This document shows, piece by piece, positions 56,887 through 64,000 of a stretch of DNA of 64,000 bases. Position numbers and translations under genes: made by a program. The notes under the pieces are model-generated. The model was given only the letters and a program-made list of their open reading frames with translations. It made no database searches and was not told the DNA's origin. Source of the DNA: Paramecium tetraurelia (taxonomy: Eukaryota); assembly GCA_000165425.1 (NCBI GenBank), contig CT868540.1, forward strand, positions 372,001 through 436,000, in the 5' to 3' direction. The first letter of the stretch is position 1. Every line of letters starts with the position of its first letter.

Positions 56887-57336
56887 TACTATTATGTCTT
56901 TGAATATATTCTGATAAATTTAGTTTATATATTTAATATTATAATCAGGAATCTTAAAACGAGAACATATATTAATTAATATAAAATAAAGATTTATCAA
57001 TTATATATATTTACAATTAATAAAATAAGATATTTTTGTAGCACAATAGCTTTTCATCTGAATTAAATAAGAGTATGTTAATTATTACGCATAGCAATTT
57101 ATTACAGCTTTTTATGAACAAGTCTATAAACAACAGCAATAAGTTATATTCTAGAAAAAATCCAAGAGTCTAATTGTCTTGATCTCTTCGAGAGTGAAAA
57201 TAAAGGCATGACGAATTCACGATTTTTAAATTCTACATACAATCGTATTAAAAAAATAAGTAAGTTTTAATTTATTATTTGCTAAATCAATAATCAAATA
57301 TAAAAATTATTAATAATTATAGATTAAAATCCTTAT

Positions 57337-60300
57337 TCACATTGAGTTGGATTCATCGATAATAAAATTTACTTATTGGAAGACTTCTTTGAAAGGTCTC
57401 TTGTTAGAGTTCTTTATAAATTGCTTATCGATTTCCCAATTGAATCTTTAATTAATGATTCTTTTATTTCTTTTTAGATACTCTCTTTATTAAATGAAAT
57501 TCATCTTCTCTTTTGGTTTGAATGTCAACATAATATTTTACTTGATTTATGTCAACGGACAGGAAATACTCATGTGTTCACTTGATTAGCAAGTATAGCA
57601 TTTGATCTTAAAGTGTTGCAACTTATTAAGAAAAAGGACCTCATACTTAATTTATTCAAACAAAGCAAGTTACTTAAGATTATTTTGCAGAGCCTTCAAA
57701 AAGTTACTTCTCTCCAAATAGATCAATAGAGCATGCTTATAGCTTCTGGCAGAAGCTTTTATTATTTAATATACTACCTTAACGCTTCATTCCAGTTACA
57801 AAAGAGTAGTGTCCAAAAGATTCTTTTGCTTTCAGTTTAGCAATAAGTGTCTCCTCTTTGTTAGATATTGGTAAATTGAAAAACAATTAGATGCAACCTT
57901 TTTCAATAAAATACAAAGAACAATCACTATCAATAACATTATCTAGGAAGATATTTTCATGAGCACTAAAAAAGGCCTTTTAATATAGATTATGTATTAT
58001 TTACTTCTTTAGTTTCTTAGGCAATTTAGGCAATGATTTCTGTATCGAATACATTCAACCATAAATTAGAGTAAACAGAAGAATAAGCTTGATCCATCAG
58101 TTTGCTTTTCAAAGATTTGGGAAGCATTCCAAAGGTCTTGAATTCTAATTCAGTGTTTCTGTAATCATAAAAGATTTCGCTATTCAACAAATATTTTAAA
58201 ATAAAGTTTCTTGTTTATTTAGAGATTAGATTTTATCTCATAAATTCACTTATAGCTACTTTATTTTTTATTTGCTCTTTTTGATTGGAGGATGCTCTAA
58301 TAAATGCAATATTTGTTATGTTGATTGCTGCTATCATTATGGCTGAAATAAGGGCTAAATCATTAATAAACCATTCCATATTGTTTAATGGGTAAATGTC
58401 TCCATAACCTACAGTTGTTATTACATTGACTGCCCAATAATAGGAGACTAAATATTATTTTGAGTAATCCAAAGTTATGATCGATCCGAAGTGACTTTTG
58501 GGATCATTTAACCACGTCTTTGTACCAGGGTAATTATAGTACATATATTCACCACCTGCAAAATACATACAAGCCCAGAAGTGCTATAGATAGAGAACTT
58601 CTATGAACATCTTAAAAATCAAATAGGAGTTATATTTAGATGGGTAAAGCTTCAATCTCTCCTAGATTTATTTTTCAATTTTGAAGAATGATACTGCCTT
58701 AAATAAAATGAGAAGATAAACTATAGTGTATGTGGAGATGAAATCAAAATACAGTAATATCAGCACTGGTATCGTATCAAATACAAAGTATGAGGATAAG
58801 TATCTCAATCCTATCTATTTTCTAGATGTGATGAGAGCCCCAAAGAAGTAGTAATTGATATTGAATTTTAAAATGACATCTAAAAATAGGATGGCCTAAT
58901 TTAATAAAATAAGAGTACCATATAATAATATCTCATTCCCTTGAAAAAAGGGTTCAATTTAAATGAATCATAATCTATATAGAAGAAAATGATTAGAGGA
59001 ACAAGAGTAAACAAAATCAAAGTGTTGATAAAAATGAAATAGTTCCATATATCCACAAATGAACTAGAACAATTTATTATGGGTAATGCACGCAATATTT
59101 TGAATTCCTTCTTTTAATTTGCCTCTTCAATAACATCTCGAATTATTCTCAAGGGATCCACCTTTGTCTTCTCCATCCTCATCACAAAAGGTATGAATTG
59201 CATTTTCCTATAAGCTTTACACTTTTGATCTATGTTTAGGTTCTGGTAATCCACTTTTAAGTCAAATTTATATTATAAAAAGTCCTTAGGAGCATTCTGA
59301 GTATCATGACGCTTAGTAGATCTCTTAAACTTTTATCTCTATTATATTTTCACTTATTCAAAGTCTTATATCATTTCTTTTATATTGATTTATTGGCATT
59401 GTTAAGTCAAATGAGATGTACTTTTGCATAACAAGCAATACAGTCCTATAGTTTCTAGTTTTTTTTCGTAAAGCACTTGATCATATATCTCTTAAAATTT
59501 CTGATAGTCTTCAAAGGAGTTTTATAAACACTCAAGCATATCCAATCTGCTAATATAATAAAGGATAGCGTAGGTTTCTGTTTTGGCAACTTTGGATCTT
59601 TAACGAATTCCAGTGACAAACTCATAATTTCCAAAACTGCCACCTTTTTCAATGGATTTAATTAAGACTCCATTTAATGTTAAGTTAATCTAACCATTGA
59701 CTACTATATATAATTTAGGGTCATAGATGTCTTATTCTATGATTTAGTCAGCTCCTAGACATAACTATATAGAAATAACTTATACTTCTTTAATTTTGCA
59801 TGCAATATCTTATAAACAAGGCAAAGAAAATCGATTAAATAGCCACTCTATTTTCAACAATTGATTTTAATAGGCTTGATATAATAGTTTAGATTGTAAA
59901 TGCTTGGTTAGTTTTCTCATGACATCTTGCTCAGATTGCTGATCTCTCCTCTTAAAATCATAAAAGTATTATTCAAGAAAAATGGAGACTTGGTTTACAA
60001 CATCTCTAGATATATTTTTTATTCTCATGAACTTTTTTATGGCATACATATTCTTATCATATGGATTTCTTTGGTCTTATAGAGAAACTATGTAGGAGAC
60101 TGTGTAAACAATAACAAACATCTATCCAAAGAGTGCCAAGTCTGTTATAAAGATTTCATAGGTATTCAGAGGAGTTATGTCGCCAAAACCTATGGATGTG
60201 AGAGTTTCAACTGCCCAATATGTAGATATTATGTATTTTGTATTTCTTGTTTGATCCTTAACTATAATTCCACTATAACTCTTTGAGAAATCAAGCCAAC

Positions 60301-60891
60301 TTAATTCATCTGAGTTCAGTCCAATCAATCCCATTAAATAAAAGAGACAACCAAAACAATTGAATACAAATAGGAGGATTACTATCAATCTCAATACCTT
60401 GTAGACAAAATATATTGATGCATGATAAAGCAATTATTACTGGGTGTATGTATCAGCATCTATCAATGATATAACTTTCAAAAATATCAATACTGCTATG
60501 TAATTTGGCAAATAAAATAGTGTTTGAAACAGAACAAAAAAAGCAGGTAAAAAGTCAAAACAAAATATAAATAGCAAATACTTTTTCGAAAATTCATTAT
60601 TTTTGTTTATGACTACATTTTTATCTATAATTTGCTAAACATTGAATTTTATAAAAATATCTGCAAATAGAACGATCTAATTAACTATTATCTAAATACA
60701 ATTATTAACAGTCGAATTAAGAGAAAAATGGTTCCTTTATTTTAAAACTTATACGATTGTTCATCAAATAACGCTAAGGATACTTAAACAATAGCATATA
60801 AGCTAAAGATATTAACGATGGTTTTCCACACAACATAACTAACGCCTTACGTAAATAAAGAATTTTTCTTTTTCTCTATTTAAATTTGCAT
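57337..60891 (-). CDS. Tandem two-repeat K+ channel: (6TM-pore-CNBD-like-CCHC knuckle) x2, ~1160 aa
   Basis: Filters TSIGFGD (60179-60199) and TTVGYGD (58398-58418); two CNBD-like domains; two CX2CX4HX4C motifs; linker 59100-59400 reads in frame with no TGA; ATG 60891, TGA 57337. Confidence 0.85.
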
Positions 60892-60966
60892 AAATTTCTT
60901 AATCTAATAAATTTAATAATATAGAATAAATAATCCCAATTAAAATTATATTGAATAATATTTATA

Positions 60967-63324
60967 TCAGAGTTCATTAATAACATAAATTTCCATCCTT
61001 CTATTCTCATGAGCACTATAGAGATATATCCCATCATACAAGACTTTGTTGCATCCATATGGATTCGAAATGATCTCCTATTATTTTTTTGGTTGATCAT
61101 CCAATTTCCAAATTGAAATCTTGCCTTCTTATTCAAATCCCATTAGGCCAGCATAAAGATATGAAGAAATGGGATCAAAGAACAGAGATTGAATTGAATA
61201 ATCATCTTCTAAACTTCTAATTTCCTGCATCTTCGGATAAGACCATATTTTAATAAAATTATCTTTCGATCCACTTATTAACTTACTCTATTAGTTCTAG
61301 TTACTAAGCAATAAGCACATAATCAAATTCTTATGTCCTATGATTTCCTACTATTTGTTTTTGGTCTTACTGTCCAACACCAGAATATTTTTACCACTCC
61401 CAACTATAATTAGATTTTTATCTATAGCCATTGCACTAATTCTGCCATTCGTTTTGAAAGAATGCTATAATTAGCCATCTAAATCCCATAATTTTAAAGT
61501 TGTATCATCTGATCCTGAAGCAATAAAATTTCCCACAAACTCTACACATCTTATTCTCTCTGAATGTCCTTAGCAAACAAATGCAATTTTCCAAGATGGA
61601 GTAGGTTTCCATATTCTAACTGTTTTGTCCACAGATCCACTGGCTATTATTCTTTTTTCAGAAAATGCAATGCATAGAATTTAATCTGTATGATCTTTCA
61701 ATTCAATTTTTAATTATTTAGTTCTCCTTACTAATAAAATCATAACAATACTTATCCCAAATTTTTATGGTCATATCCTTTGAACATGTAATTATTTTAT
61801 CATCATCCATAAAACATAAATCCTTGACGCTTTTATCATGAATTTTGAGTGTTAAGTCTTTTTCTATTTTAAAAGGATTGGGCAAATTCTATGTTACTTT
61901 TATTTAAGGAGTAACTATTGATCTAAATAATCTTGATAAATATACTTTGAACTAATGAAGGACATATCTTATGGGGATTTATTTTCATTATATATTCCTG
62001 AAATTGCCGATTATGTTGACTATTTCATGCCATTTTAAAAATTATTTGTTTCCTATTCTCTTATAAGAATACTCTATTAAGGAGTTTAAACTTATTAAGT
62101 ACCAACAAATTAAGTGAATTAGAATTATTAGCTAACGTCGAAATTTTAAGGTTGATTGATTTAACTTTATTGCAATTCAAAGTAGGTCTCATTTTAATAT
62201 GGAATTGAACTTTATTAGACTTATTTTTCATCTTTCATTGAATATTATGGTTTAATATTTGAAGGCTGCTTTTGATGTAATTAGCTATTTTCTTTTTGAG
62301 GCGAGGTCTATTGATTCGTAAAATAACCAACTACTTATTGTTATTGCTATTCTGGTGGAACAAATCTTATATAACTCTACTTTTGATATAATAAATCGGA
62401 TTGTTCTGGTTTCTCAAATTAAAATGCAGAAACTTCAATATTTTATGATTTTTAAGTATTTCTAAAAGGTTCAAGTTGCTTAATTTAATCAAATGAAGCA
62501 TTTTATGATTTTGATTTTTACCTGTCTCCTTCAATTCTACTTTGCTTGCTTGATGATTTATCAATGTCAAAGGGCTTGGTAATTTTGAATGAATTTTATA
62601 GAGATAATTATGAATCTTATTCAGTGAAATAATTTTTTAATTTAGAATTATTAAATGAGCCAACTGGCATCAAGTCTCTTTAAAGCAATTGTTTAGAAAG
62701 TGGCGATTAACTTCTTTATTTTTATTAGAATATGGGTTCCTTGGATTTATTTGATCGATTTGATAATTAAGGTGATAACTCTCTCACTTCGCTTGATAAA
62801 ATTGATTTAGTATTTATAATTTATTAAGATTGCTGTGAAGGTTAATGACGATATTAAGCTTATACTAGTTTCTATGGTAGTTATAAAAATTAGGATTTAA
62901 TATCCTTTTCAATCTCTACTATTTGCTCAAAAAATTGTTCTAAATACTCTCTATCTTTTAATTAATCTCTTTGAACTAATTCAATAATTTTTGATTGATA
63001 TTATTGATGACTCATTTTCTCTTGCTTCAACTGTTTAATTATTTCTTTTTTTCTCTTTTCATCTATAAAATTTACATCTATTTATAATGATGAAATCTTG
63101 TCATGAAAGTATTATTTCATTTATTCTAATTTTTACAATATTTATGCTTAATACTCCATATTTAAGTATTTTGTGTAATCATCCAAATATGCTTCTAAAT
63201 TTTTAATCGTATGAATTTTATGATTATCAACACACATGTCACATAAGGGTCCTTTCTTTATGCAATCCTATTGAAGACAGACCTATGTAAATATAGACTA
63301 ATGCAGTTAGCAATAGTATTACAT
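60967..63324 (-). CDS. WD40-repeat protein with N-terminal Cys/His (B-box-like) zinc module
   Basis: MQYYCQLH...CLQQDC...LCDMCVDNHKIH; WD repeats TCSKDMTIKIWD, ASGSVDKTVRIWK, GHSERIRCV..ASGSDDTTLKLWD; TGA at 60967. Confidence 0.85.
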
Positions 63325-63559
63325 ATTTGAACAAAATTTTCAACTTTTTAATAATAAGAAAGATTAACAATTATGAACTGTTTCATGGAAGTTCAAATCT
63401 CTTAGAGGTTCAATTTAACTTTCTAATTTATTTCAAAATTAGGACAAGTATTTACTTCAACACTTTGTATTAATTAAATAGTACAACTTAAATGCACCAT
63501 CATATTTAATTGGTATTATACTTAACTATACACTGAAATCATCTTTTAATCAATAAATT

Positions 63560-64000
63560 ATGTATTCAGAAAGAAAAGTGAAATTAACTCTTCATTTGCC
63601 TTAATTGGAACAAGGTGTCAAATTTGAATCAGAAGCCTAAACAACAACATCACAATCAAGTATATTTTTTGTATTAAGAAAAGGAATTCTTTCAACCAAC
63701 AAAGGTCATTAAACTGAAAAGAGATTACACAAACACACAGGTACTTAAATAAACAGTCCTAACCAACTCCATCTTTATACTCCAAAATAAGAGAGTTTGA
63801 GAGCCAAAAGACTTAAAAACATCCCTTATGAGTTATAATATTTCATTCCTAATCTCCCTAACAAAAACTTTAAATCTAGCCATCTAATGAACAGAAAATT
63901 ATTAGAAATACCCAAATGTACACTCTACAACAAAGATAAATGGCAATTGAATGCTCATAAAACTAGAATGAATAATGCATTTAGTCTAGGTTAAAGTAGA
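63560..64000 (+). CDS. Hypothetical protein, 5' part (runs off the window)
   Basis: MYSERKVKLTLHLPQLEQG...; frame open to the window end. Confidence 0.55.

Overview
Gene-dense, very AT-rich ciliate macronuclear DNA, almost certainly Paramecium (tetraurelia-like). Evidence: conserved proteins read through TAA/TAG as Gln, TGA is the only stop (translation table 6), introns are 20-31 nt GT..AG, and some intergenic spacers are only 10-25 nt. The supplied ORF track stops at TAA/TAG and fragments every gene, so I re-translated by hand; boundaries may be off where introns are ambiguous. About 27 genes are present. They include an ankyrin protein, VID27-like, AP-3 beta, an HP1-like chromo/chromoshadow protein, an inactive rhomboid, PMCA Ca2+-ATPase, a possible EFR3-like protein, BTB-TLDc, a ~14 kb outer-arm dynein gamma-type heavy chain, TMEM164, a USP4/15-like deubiquitinase, CK1, a small HTH protein, SF-assemblin, RPL13, a PKG pseudogene, a TBC Rab-GAP, a Trf4/Cid1-type nucleotidyltransferase and a WD40 protein. 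The most unusual item is one gene encoding two K+-channel modules in tandem (6TM-pore-CNBD-like-CCHC knuckle, twice) with different filters (GFG and GYG). The dynein gene has two 1-nt frameshifting insertions and an unusually long 76-nt intron. I recognised no CRISPR array, rRNA, tRNA, telomeric array or intact transposon.
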